Of a DNA stretch of 6,984 bases, positions 1-6,984 are shown piece after piece (within the stretch, counting starts at the first letter, position 1; each line of letters begins with the position of its first letter). Position numbers and translations under genes: made by a program. The notes beneath the pieces are model-generated. The model ran no database searches. It worked only from the letters and a program-made list of their open reading frames with translations, and was not told the DNA's origin. This stretch comes from a virus (taxonomy: Duplodnaviria > Heunggongvirae > Uroviricota > Caudoviricetes), in the IMG/VR virus record IMGVR_UViG_2734482539_000005; one strand, given 5' to 3'.

Positions 1-1
1 G

Positions 2-667
2 ACGACACGCCTCACTCAGTCAGCCCAGGTGGTGCTCTGGGAAATCGATCTGACAGAGGTCGGTGGTGAACGTTATTTTTTCTGTAATGAGCAGAACGAA
101 AAAGGTGAGCCGGTTACCTGGCAGGGGCGGCAGTATCAGGCATACCCCATTCAGGGGACGGGATTTGAACTGAACGGCAAGGGCAGTGCTGCCCGTCCGA
201 CACTGACGGTTTCTAACCTGCACGGAATGGTCACCGGGATGGCGGAAGACCTGCAGAGTCTGGTCGGCGGAACGGTGGTCAGGCGTAAGGTTTACGCCCG
301 TTTTCTGGATGCGGTGAACTTCGTCAACGGAAACAGCGACGCCGATCCGGAACAGGAGGTGATCAGCCGCTGGCGCATCGAGCAGTGCAGCGAACTGAGC
401 GCGGTCAGTGCCTCTTTTGTGCTGGCCACACCAACGGAGACGGATGGCGCGGTTTTCCCGGGGCGTATCATGCTGGCGAATACCTGTATGTGGACTTACC
501 GTTCTGATGAGTGTGGTTACACGGGCAGGGCAGTGGCTGACGAGTTCGACAAACCAACGACGGATATCCGGAAGGACAAATGCAGCAAGTGTATGCGCGG
601 GTGTGAGTTGCGCAACAATACCGGTAATTTCGGCGGTTTCCTTTCCATCAATAAACTTTCTCAGTAA
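2..667 (+). CDS. L: Tail tip assembly protein L (gpL-like), 5'-partial; the reading frame is open from the window edge and the track's GTG at 29 is not the true start
   Basis: Frame 2 is open from base 2 to TAA at 665-667. The translation (…VVLWEIDLTEVGGERYFFCNEQNEKGEPVTWQGRQYQAYPIQGTGFELNGKG…CSKC…GNFGGFLSINKLSQ) matches lambda gpL almost residue for residue as I recall it, including the Cys-rich C-terminal segment. Same-strand position immediately upstream of K. Confidence 0.9.
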   Translation, partial: TTRLTQSAQVVLWEIDLTEVGGERYFFCNEQNEKGEPVTWQGRQYQAYPIQGTGFELNGKGSAARPTLTVSNLHGMVTGMAEDLQSLVGGTVVRRKVYARFLDAVNFVNGNSDADPEQEVISRWRIEQCSELSAVSASFVLATPTETDGAVFPGRIMLANTCMWTYRSDECGYTGRAVADEFDKPTTDIRKDKCSKCMRGCELRNNTGNFGGFLSINKLSQ

Positions 668-671
668 ATCC

Positions 672-1756
672 ATGACACAGACAGAATCAGCGATTCTGGC
701 GCACGCCCGGCGATGTGCGCCAGCGGAGTCGTGTGGCTTCGTGGTAAGAACGCCGGAGGGAGACAGGTATCTTCCCAGCGAGAATATCTCCGGTGAGCCG
801 GAGGAACGGTTCCGGATGGCTCCGGAGNNNNNNNNNNNNNNNNNNNNNNNNNNNNNNNNNNNNNNNNNNNNNNNNNNNNNNNNNNNNNNNNNNNNNNNNN
901 NNNNNNNNNNNNNNNNNNNNNNNNNNNNNNNNNNNNNNNNNNNNNNNNNNNNNNNNNNNNNNNNNNNNNNNNNNNNNNNNNNNNNNNNNNNNNNNNNNNN
1001 NNNNNNNNNNNNNNNNNNNNNNNNNNNNNNNNNNNNNNNNNNNNNNNNNNNNNNNNNNNNNNNNNNNNNNNNNNNNNNNNNNNNNNNNNNNNNNNNNNNN
1101 NNNNNNNNNNNNNNNNNNNNNNNNNNNNTTCCGGTGAGCCGGAGGATTATTTCCGGATGGCTCCGGAGGACTGGCTGCAGGCAGAAATGCAGGGTGAGAT
1201 TGTGGCGCTGGTCCACAGCCACCCCGGTGGTCTGCCCTGGCTGAGTGAGGCTGACCGGCGGCTGCAGGTGCAGAGTGATTTGCCGTGGTGGCTGGTCTGC
1301 CGGGGGGCGATTCACAAGTTCCGCTGTGTGCCGCATCTCACCGGGCGGCGCTTTGAGCACGGGGTGACGGACTGTTACACGCTGTTCCGGGATGCTTATC
1401 ATCTGGCGGGGATTGAGATGCCGAATTTTCATCGCGGGGATGACTGGTGGCGTCACGGTCAGAATCTCTATCTGGATAATCTGGAGGCCACAGGTTTTTA
1501 CCGTGTCGCACTGACAGAGGCACAGCCGGGCGATGTGCTGCTGTGCTGTTTTGGTTCATCGGTGCCGAATCATGCCGCCATTTACTGCGGTGACGGCGGG
1601 CTGCTGCACCATATTCCTGAACAACTGAGCAAACGAGAGAGGTACACCGACAAATGGCAGCGACGCACACACTCCCTCTGGCGTCACCGGGCATGGCGCG
1701 CATCTGCCTTTACGGGGATTTACAACGATTTGGTCGCCGCATCGACCTTCGTGTGA
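672..1756 (+). CDS. K: Tail tip assembly protein K (gpK-like), N-terminal JAB/MPN (JAMM) domain plus C-terminal NlpC/P60 domain; interrupted by the N-gap at 828-1128. The lambda-style 199-aa annotation corresponds to 1157..1756
   Basis: ATG at 672 gives MTQTESAILAHARRCAPAESCGFVV… up to the gap. After the gap, frame 2 reads SGEPEDYFRMAPEDWLQAEMQGEIVALVHSHPGGLPWLSEAD…VTDCYTLF…NHAAIYCGDG… to TGA at 1754-1756. A JAMM motif H-x-H-x7-S-x2-D lies at 1214-1255. The NlpC/P60 catalytic Cys is in DCYTLF (codon 1373-1375), with a downstream His. Near-identical to lambda gpK from memory. Confidence 0.85.
828..1128. other. Assembly gap (301 N) inside K, flanked by a near-identical 39-bp direct repeat
   Basis: Run of n. 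789-827 (tccggtgagccggaggaacggttccggatggctccggag) and 1130-1168 (tccggtgagccggaggattatttccggatggctccggag) differ at only 4 clustered positions and encode the same K segment (SGEPE-EERF/EDYF-RMAPE). Confidence 0.9.
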
Positions 1757-2295
1757 AAACGGGGGCTGAAGCCATCCGGGCACTGGCCACACAGCTCCCG
1801 GCGTTTCGTCAGAAACTGAGTGACGGCTGGTATCAGGTGCGCATTGCCGGGCGTGATGCAGGTGAAACCGAATTGTCTGCCCGTCTTAATGAGCCGCTGG
1901 CAAATGGTGCAGTGATCCACATAGTACCGCGTCTGGTGGGAGCTAAAAGTGGCGGTGTGTTTCAGGCGGTGCTGGGGGCGGCTGTTATGGCGGTTGCTAT
2001 ATGGATGCCGGGGGTAGGAATTATGGCGAGTAATCTGCTGTTTTCTCTCGGTGCCAGTATGACGCTTGGCGGTGTTGCACAGATGCTGGCACCGAAAGCC
2101 AGAACTCCCCGTACACAGACAACGGATAACGGTAAGCAGAACACGTATTTCTCGTCACTGGATAACATGGTTGCCCAGGGCAATGTTCTGCCCGTTCTGT
2201 ACGGTGAAATGCGCGTGGGGTCACGTGTGGTTTCTCAGGAGATCAGCACGGCAGACGAAGGGGATGGTGGTCAGGTTGTGGTGATTGGTCGCTGA
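1654..2295 (+). CDS. I: Tail tip assembly protein I (gpI-like)
   Basis: ORF translation MAATHTLPLASPGMARICLYGDLQRFGRRIDLRVKTGAEAIRALATQLPAFRQKLSDGWYQVRIAGRD…GGVAQMLAPKARTPRTQTTDNGKQNTYFSSLDNMVAQGNVLPVLYGEMRVGSRVVSQEISTADEGDGGQVVVIGR matches lambda gpI, with a hydrophobic Gly/Ala-rich middle segment. GAGAGG at 1637-1642 is a possible SD about 11 nt upstream of the ATG. The start is uncertain; an in-frame ATG at 1693 is an alternative. The ORF overlaps the 3' end of K in a different frame. Confidence 0.8.
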   Translation: MAATHTLPLASPGMARICLYGDLQRFGRRIDLRVKTGAEAIRALATQLPAFRQKLSDGWYQVRIAGRDAGETELSARLNEPLANGAVIHIVPRLVGAKSGGVFQAVLGAAVMAVAIWMPGVGIMASNLLFSLGASMTLGGVAQMLAPKARTPRTQTTDNGKQNTYFSSLDNMVAQGNVLPVLYGEMRVGSRVVSQEISTADEGDGGQVVVIGR

Positions 2296-2313
2296 TGCAA
2301 AATGTTTTATGTG

Positions 2314-2340
2314 AAACCGCCTGCGGGCGGTTTTGTCGTT
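2314..2340 (+). terminator. I-J intergenic hairpin (aaaccgcc-tgcg-ggcggttt) followed by a T-rich tract; possible weak terminator or RNA-stability element
   Basis: Perfect 8-bp inverted repeat with a 4-nt loop at 2314-2333, followed by tgtcgttt. The T-tract is interrupted, so terminator efficiency is doubtful. Confidence 0.4.
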
Positions 2341-2355
2341 TATGGAGCGTGAGGA

Positions 2356-5300
2356 ATGGGTAAAGGCAGCAGTAAGGGGCATACCCCGCGCGAAGCGAAG
2401 GACAACCTGAAATCCACGCAGTTGCTGAGTGTGATTGATGCCATCAGCGAAGGGCCGGTTGACGGTCCGGTGGATGGATTAAAAAGCGTGCTGCTGAACG
2501 GTACGCCGGTCCTGGACAGCGAGGGGAAGACAAACTTTTCCNNNNNNNNNNNNNNNNNNNNNNNNNNNNNNNNNNNNNNNNNNNNNNNNNNNNNNNNNNN
2601 NNNNNNNNNNNNNNNNNNNNNNNNNNNNNNNNNNNNNNNNNNNNNNNNNNNNNNNNNNNNNNNNNNNNNNNNNNNNNNNNNNNNNNNNNNNNNNNNNNNN
2701 NNNNNNNNNNNNNNNNNNNNNNNNNNNNNNNNNNNNNNNNNNNNNNNNNNNNNNNNNNNNNNNNNNNNNNNNNNNNNNNNNNNNNNNNNNNNNNNNNNNN
2801 NNNNNNNNNNNNNNNNNNNNNNNNNNNNNNNNNNNNNNNNNNNNNGGAAAAAGACATCACCATTAAGGGCAAAACCACTTCGCAGTATCTGGCCTCGGTG
2901 GTGGTGGGTAACCTGCCGCCGCGCCCGTTTAATATCCGGATGCGCAGGATGACACCGGACAGCACCACAGACCAGCTGCAGAACAAAACGCTCTGGTCGT
3001 CGTACACCGAAATCATCGATGTGAAACAGTGCTACCCGAACACGGCGCTGGTCGGCGTGCAGGTGGATTCAGAGCAGTTCGGTAACCAGCAGGTGAGTCG
3101 CAATTATCATCTTCGCGGGCGCATTCTGCAGGTGCCGTCGAACTATAACCCGCAGACGCGGCAATACAGCGGTATCTGGGACGGAACGCTTAAGCCAGCA
3201 TACAGCAACAACATGGCCTGGTGTCTGTGGGACATGCTCACTCATCCGCGCTACGGCATGGGGAAACGTCTTGGTGCGGCAGATGTGGACAAATGGGCGC
3301 TGTATGTCATCGGCCAGTACTGCGACCAGTCAGTGACGGACGGATTTGGCGGCACGGAGCCGCGCATCACCTGTAACTCTTACCTGACCACACAGCGTAA
3401 GGCGTGGGATGTTCTCAGTGATTTCTGCTCGGCGATGCGCTGTATGCCGGTATGGAACGGACAGATGCTGACGTTCGTGCAGGACCGACCGTCGGATAAG
3501 GTGTGGACCTATAACCGCAGTAATGTGGTGATGCCGGACGATGGCGCGCCGTTCCGCTACAGCTTCAGCGCCCTGAAGGACCGCCATAATGCCGTTGAGG
3601 TGAACTGGATTGACCCAGATAACGGCTGGGAGACGGCGACAGAGCTTGTGGAGGATACGCAGGCCATTGCCCGTTACGGTCGTAATGTCACGAAGATGGA
3701 TGCCTTTGGCTGTACCAGCCGGGGGCAGGCACACCGAGCCGGGCTGTGGCTGATTAAAACGGAACTGCTGGAAACGCAGACCGTGGACTTCAGCGTGGGC
3801 GCAGAAGGGCTTCGCCATGTACCGGGTGATGTCATTGAAATCTGCGATGATGATTATGCCGGTATCAGCACCGGTGGTCGCGTACTGGCGGTGAACAGCC
3901 AGACCCGGACGCTGACGCTCGACCGTGAAATCACGCTGCCGTCCTCCGGTACCACGCTGATAAGCCTGGTTGACGGAAGTGGCAATCCGGTCAGCGTGGA
4001 GGTCCAGTCCGTCACCGACGGCGTGAAGGTGAAAGTGAGCCGGGTTCCTGACGGCGTTGCAGAATACAGCGTGTGGGGGCTGAAGCTGCCGACGCTGCGC
4101 CAGCGTCTGTTCCGCTGCGTGAGTATCCGTGAGAACGACGACGGCACGTATGCCATCACCGCCGTGCAGCATGTGCCGGAAAAAGAGGCCATCGTGGATA
4201 ACGGGGCACACTTTGACGGTGACCGGCGCGGCACGGTGAATGGTGTCACGCCGCCAGCGGTGCAGCATCTGACCGCCGAAGTCACCGCAGACAGCGGGGA
4301 ATATCAGGTGCTGGCGCGATGGGACACGCCGAAGGTGGTGAAGGGTGTGAGCTTCCTGCTTCGCCTGACCGTGGCAGCGGACGACGGCAGTGAGCGGCTG
4401 GTCAGCACAGCCAGGACGACGGAAACCACATACCGCTTCAGGCAGCTGGCGCTGGGGAATTACAGTCTGACAGTCCGGGCGGTAAATGCCCGGGGGCAGC
4501 AGGGCGATCCGGCGTCGGTATCGTTCCGGATTGCGGCACCGGCAGCGCCTGTCACTATTGAACTGATACCGGGGTATTTTCAGATAACGGCGGTCCCGAA
4601 ACTGGCTGTATATGACCCGACGGTGCAGTTTGAGTTCTGGTTTTCGGAAAAGCGGATTGCGGATATCAGGCAGGTTGAAACCAGCGCCCGCTATCTTGGC
4701 ACGGCGCTGTACTGGATAGCCGCCAGTATCAATATCAGGCCGGGCCATGATTATTATTTTTACGTTCGCAGTGTGAACACCGTTGGCAAATCGGCATTTG
4801 TGGAGGCCATCGGTCGGGCGAGCGATGATGCAGAAGGTTATCTGAATTTTTATAAAGGGTTGATCAATAAAACGCATCTCGGCAAGGAGTTGTGGACGCA
4901 GATTGATAACGGTCAGCTTGCGCCGGACCTGACTGAAATCAGGACGTCCATTACGAATGTCAGCAATGAAATCACGCAAACCGTCAATAAAAAACTGGAA
5001 AATCAGAGTGCTGCAATCCAGCAGATACAGAAAGTTCAGGTTGATACAAATAATAACCTGAACAGCATGTGGGCTGTGAAGCTGCAACAGATGAAGGACG
5101 GACGCCTTTATATTGCGGGTATCGGTGCCGGTATTGAGAATACGCCAGCAGGAATGCAGAGTCAGGTGCTGCTGGCGGCAGACAGGATTGCGATGATTAA
5201 TCCTGCGAATGGCAACACAAAGCCGATGTTTGTTGGTCAGGGCGATCAGATATTCATGAACGACGTGTTCCTGAAATGCCTGACGGCTCCGACCATTACC

Positions 5301-5879
5301 AGCGGCGGTAATCCTCCGGCATTTTCCCTGACACCTGGCGGACGGCTGACGGCGAAAAATGCCGATATCAGCGGTAACGTGAACGCGAACTCCGGGACGC
5401 TCAACAACGTCACGATTAATAAGAACTGTCGGGTTCTGGGAAAATTGTCCGCGAACCAGATTGAAGGCGATCTCGTTAAAACAGTGGGCAAACCTTTCCC
5501 ACGGGACTCCCGGGCACCGGAGAGGTGGCCATCAGGGACCATTACCGTCAGGGTTTATGACGATCAGCCGTTTGATCGGCAAATTGTTATTCCCGCGGTG
5601 GCGTTTCGCGGTGCTAAACATGAGCGGAAGAATAACAATATTTATTCGTCATGCCGCCTGATAGTGAAGAAAAACGGTGCTGAAATTTATAACCGAACGA
5701 CCCTGGATAATACGCTGATATATACGGGTGTTATTGATATGCCTGCCGGTCACGGTCACATGACGCTGGAGTTTTCTGTATCGGCATGGCTGGTAAATGG
5801 CTGGTATCCCACAGCAAGTATCAGCGATTTGCTGGTTGTGGTGATGAAGAAAGCCACTGCAGGCATCACGATTAGCTGA
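2356..5879 (+). CDS. J: Host specificity protein J (gpJ-like central tail fibre / tip attachment protein), interrupted by the N-gap at 2542-2845; the C-terminal part is divergent
   Basis: GAGG at 2350-2353 followed by ATG at 2356. The N-terminus [34 protein letters not shown]… is the canonical gpJ start. After the gap the 993-codon frame continues (…[58 protein letters not shown]… through the FN3-like central region) to TGA at 5877-5879. The reading frame before the gap (frame 1) and after it (frame 0) differs, which is attributed to the inexact gap length. Confidence 0.9.
2542..2845. other. Assembly gap (304 N) inside J
   Basis: Run of n. The J reading frame is not preserved across it (a frame-preserving length would be 2 mod 3, whereas 304 is 1 mod 3), which indicates an estimated rather than exact gap length. 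Confidence 0.9.
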
Positions 5880-5897
5880 ATTTTATAACCCAGATAC

Positions 5898-5924
5898 GGG
5901 CACCAGAAATGGTGCCTTTTTTAT
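5898..5924 (+). terminator. Rho-independent terminator downstream of J
   Basis: GGCACC (5899-5904), loop AGAAAT, GGTGCC (5911-5916), followed immediately by TTTTTTATT (5917-5925), 19 nt after the J stop codon. Confidence 0.7.
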
Positions 5925-5946
5925 TGCAGAAAAGCGAGAGGTAATT

Positions 5947-6546
5947 ATGCGTAAAGTTTGTGCAGCCATTTTGTCCGCAGCCATCTGTCTGGCCGTATCC
6001 GGTGCGCCTGCATGGGCGTCTGAACATCAGTCCACGCTGAGCGCCGGGTATCTTCAGACCCATACTGATATGCCAGGCAGCGATGACCTGAAGGGCATTA
6101 ACGTGAAATACCGTTATGAGTTTACGGACACGCTGGGGCTGATTACGTCATTCAGTTATGCCAACGCTGAAGATGAGCAAAAAACGCATTACAGCGATAC
6201 CCGCTGGCATGAAGATTCCGTGCGTAACCGCTGGTTCAGCGTGATGGCGGGGCCGTCTGTGCGCGTGAATGAATGGTTCAGCGCGTATGCGATGGCGGGC
6301 GTGGCTTACAGCCGTGTGTCGACCTTCTCCGGGGATTATCTCCGCGTAACTGACAACAAGGGGAAAACGCACGATGTGCTGACCGGAAGTGATGGCGGTC
6401 GCCACAGCAACACGTCTCTGGCGTGGGGGGCTGGCGTGCAGTTTAACCCGACCGAATCCGTGGCCATTGACCTTGCTTATGAAGGTTCCGGCAGTGGTGA
6501 CTGGCGCACTGACGGTTTCATCGTGGGTGTCGGTTATAAGTTCTGA
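5947..6546 (+). CDS. lom: Lom-like outer-membrane beta-barrel protein (Ail/Lom/OmpX/PagC/Rck family), a phage moron
   Basis: SD GAGAGG at 5935-5940, ATG at 5947. N-terminal signal peptide [24 protein letters not shown]|SE with an AxA cleavage site. Conserved family blocks [29 protein letters not shown] and a C-terminus [26 protein letters not shown] that is identical to the lambda Lom C-terminus as I recall it, ending in the aromatic Phe typical of OMP barrels. Confidence 0.9.
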   Translation: MRKVCAAILSAAICLAVSGAPAWASEHQSTLSAGYLQTHTDMPGSDDLKGINVKYRYEFTDTLGLITSFSYANAEDEQKTHYSDTRWHEDSVRNRWFSVMAGPSVRVNEWFSAYAMAGVAYSRVSTFSGDYLRVTDNKGKTHDVLTGSDGGRHSNTSLAWGAGVQFNPTESVAIDLAYEGSGSGDWRTDGFIVGVGYKF

Positions 6547-6573
6547 TTAGCCAGGTAACACAGTGTTATGACT

Positions 6574-6598
6574 GCCCGCTGGTTCAGGCGGGCTTTTT
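6574..6598 (+). terminator. Rho-independent terminator downstream of lom
   Basis: GCCCGC (6574-6579), 8-nt loop, GCGGGC (6588-6593), then TTTTT (6594-6598). Confidence 0.65.
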
Positions 6599-6609
6599 GT
6601 GGGGTGAAT

Positions 6610-6936
6610 ATGGCAGTAAAGATTTCAGGTGTACTGAAAGATGGGGCGGGTAAACCTGTCGTAAATTGTGCGATTGAACTGCGGGCCAGAAGAACCAGTC
6701 CGACCGTTGTGGCACACGTTGTTGCCACTTGCGTGACGGACAATAACGGTGCTTATGTGATTGAGGCTGAGCCGGGGTATTACGAGGTTGCGCTTCACTG
6801 TAACGGCTGGCAGCCAACCCGTGTCGGGGATATTGATGTGGCACCGACTGATGCACCGGGGACACTGAACGCGTTTCTGAATGCACCAAAGGATGGTGAT
6901 TTACGTCCGGAGGTGATGAAGTGTCAGCGCCAGTGA
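6610..6936 (+). CDS. Prophage side-tail-fibre N-terminal-domain protein (homolog of the N-terminus of Stf), ending at a stop after 108 codons
   Basis: ATG at 6610 preceded by GGGGTG; the track ORF 6568..6936 is the same frame with an earlier alternative start. The translation MAVKISGVLKDGAGKPVVNCAIELRARR…PGTLNAFL…RPEV… follows the lambda Stf N-terminus (MAVKISGVLKDGTGKPVQNCTIQLKARR…PGTLNDFL…RPEV) as I recall it. TGA at 6934-6936. Only 48 nt of the window remain downstream. Confidence 0.7.
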   Translation: MAVKISGVLKDGAGKPVVNCAIELRARRTSPTVVAHVVATCVTDNNGAYVIEAEPGYYEVALHCNGWQPTRVGDIDVAPTDAPGTLNAFLNAPKDGDLRPEVMKCQRQ

Positions 6937-6984
6937 TATAAGACGGTAATTCGCCATTTGGATTGTCCGCTCCACCCAACATGT

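Noticed and set aside
408-1244. 278-aa + strand ORF spanning the first N-gap, and the 114-aa ORF at 793..1137
   Set aside because: These are artifacts of translating N as X. The real K frame before the gap (from ATG 672) and after the gap (frame 2) is different, and the post-gap portion of the 408..1244 ORF is out of frame with K.
20-1456. 478-aa reverse-strand ORF
   Set aside because: It is antisense to the strongly supported L and K genes, runs straight through the N-gap (translated as X), and has no recognisable protein-like features. Long antisense open frames are expected in GC-rich coding DNA.
1338-2284. Several small ORFs on both strands inside K, I and the I-J junction (1338..1703 -, 1556..1792 -, 1720..1920 -, 1962..2183 -, 2021..2224 -, 2066..2284 +)
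   Set aside because: All are embedded in or antisense to K and I, have no SD or family resemblance, and have odd composition. Treated as noise.
2444-3016. 190-aa reverse-strand ORF across the second N-gap, and the + strand continuation of 2356..2952 after the gap
   Set aside because: Gap-spanning artifacts. After the gap the true J frame is the 2898..5879 frame, so the [11 protein letters not shown]… reading is out of frame.
3330-5087. 585-aa reverse-strand ORF, and the nested 3854..4285 minus-strand ORF
   Set aside because: They are entirely antisense to the J gene, whose + strand translation is unmistakable. The products are Arg/Pro/His-rich low-complexity sequence typical of spurious antisense frames.
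5246-5661. Small ORFs inside the J 3' region (5246..5542 -, 5461..5661 +)
   Set aside because: Alternative-frame or antisense to J. I considered a hidden small gene in the variable J C-terminus but found no start context or protein-like sequence.
5872-6743. Reverse-strand ORFs overlapping lom and the lom-stf spacer (5872..6063 -, 6148..6405 -, 6534..6743 -), and 6584..6982 - antisense to the Stf-N ORF
   Set aside because: Antisense to well-supported genes and crossing terminator hairpins. No support for an antisense gene or toxin-antitoxin pair.
1-6984. Search for CRISPR repeats, tRNA/rRNA genes, integrase or att sites, and defence-system hallmarks
   Set aside because: No regularly spaced direct repeats, no tRNA-like cloverleaf candidates and no recombinase-like ORFs were seen. 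The window is fully accounted for by the lambdoid tail-tip module plus the lom moron.

Overview
This window is the tail-tip / host-specificity module of a lambda-like (lambdoid siphovirus) phage or prophage, almost certainly from an Escherichia/Shigella-type enterobacterial host. All genes are on the + strand in the classic lambda order: L (5'-truncated by the window edge), K, I, J, then the moron lom, then a short ORF that is only the N-terminal domain of a side-tail-fibre (Stf-like) protein. Intrinsic terminator hairpins sit after J and after lom. Two runs of N (828-1128, 2542-2845) interrupt K and J; both look like assembly/scaffold gaps rather than biology, and the first is flanked by a near-identical 39-bp repeat, so K is probably intact in the real genome. 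I do not see a novel defence or other undescribed system here. The points worth a second look are the mosaic C-terminal part of J, the lom cargo gene, the stand-alone tail-fibre N-domain ORF and the gap architecture. All homology statements rest on my reading of the translations and recall of phage lambda proteins; no database search was run.
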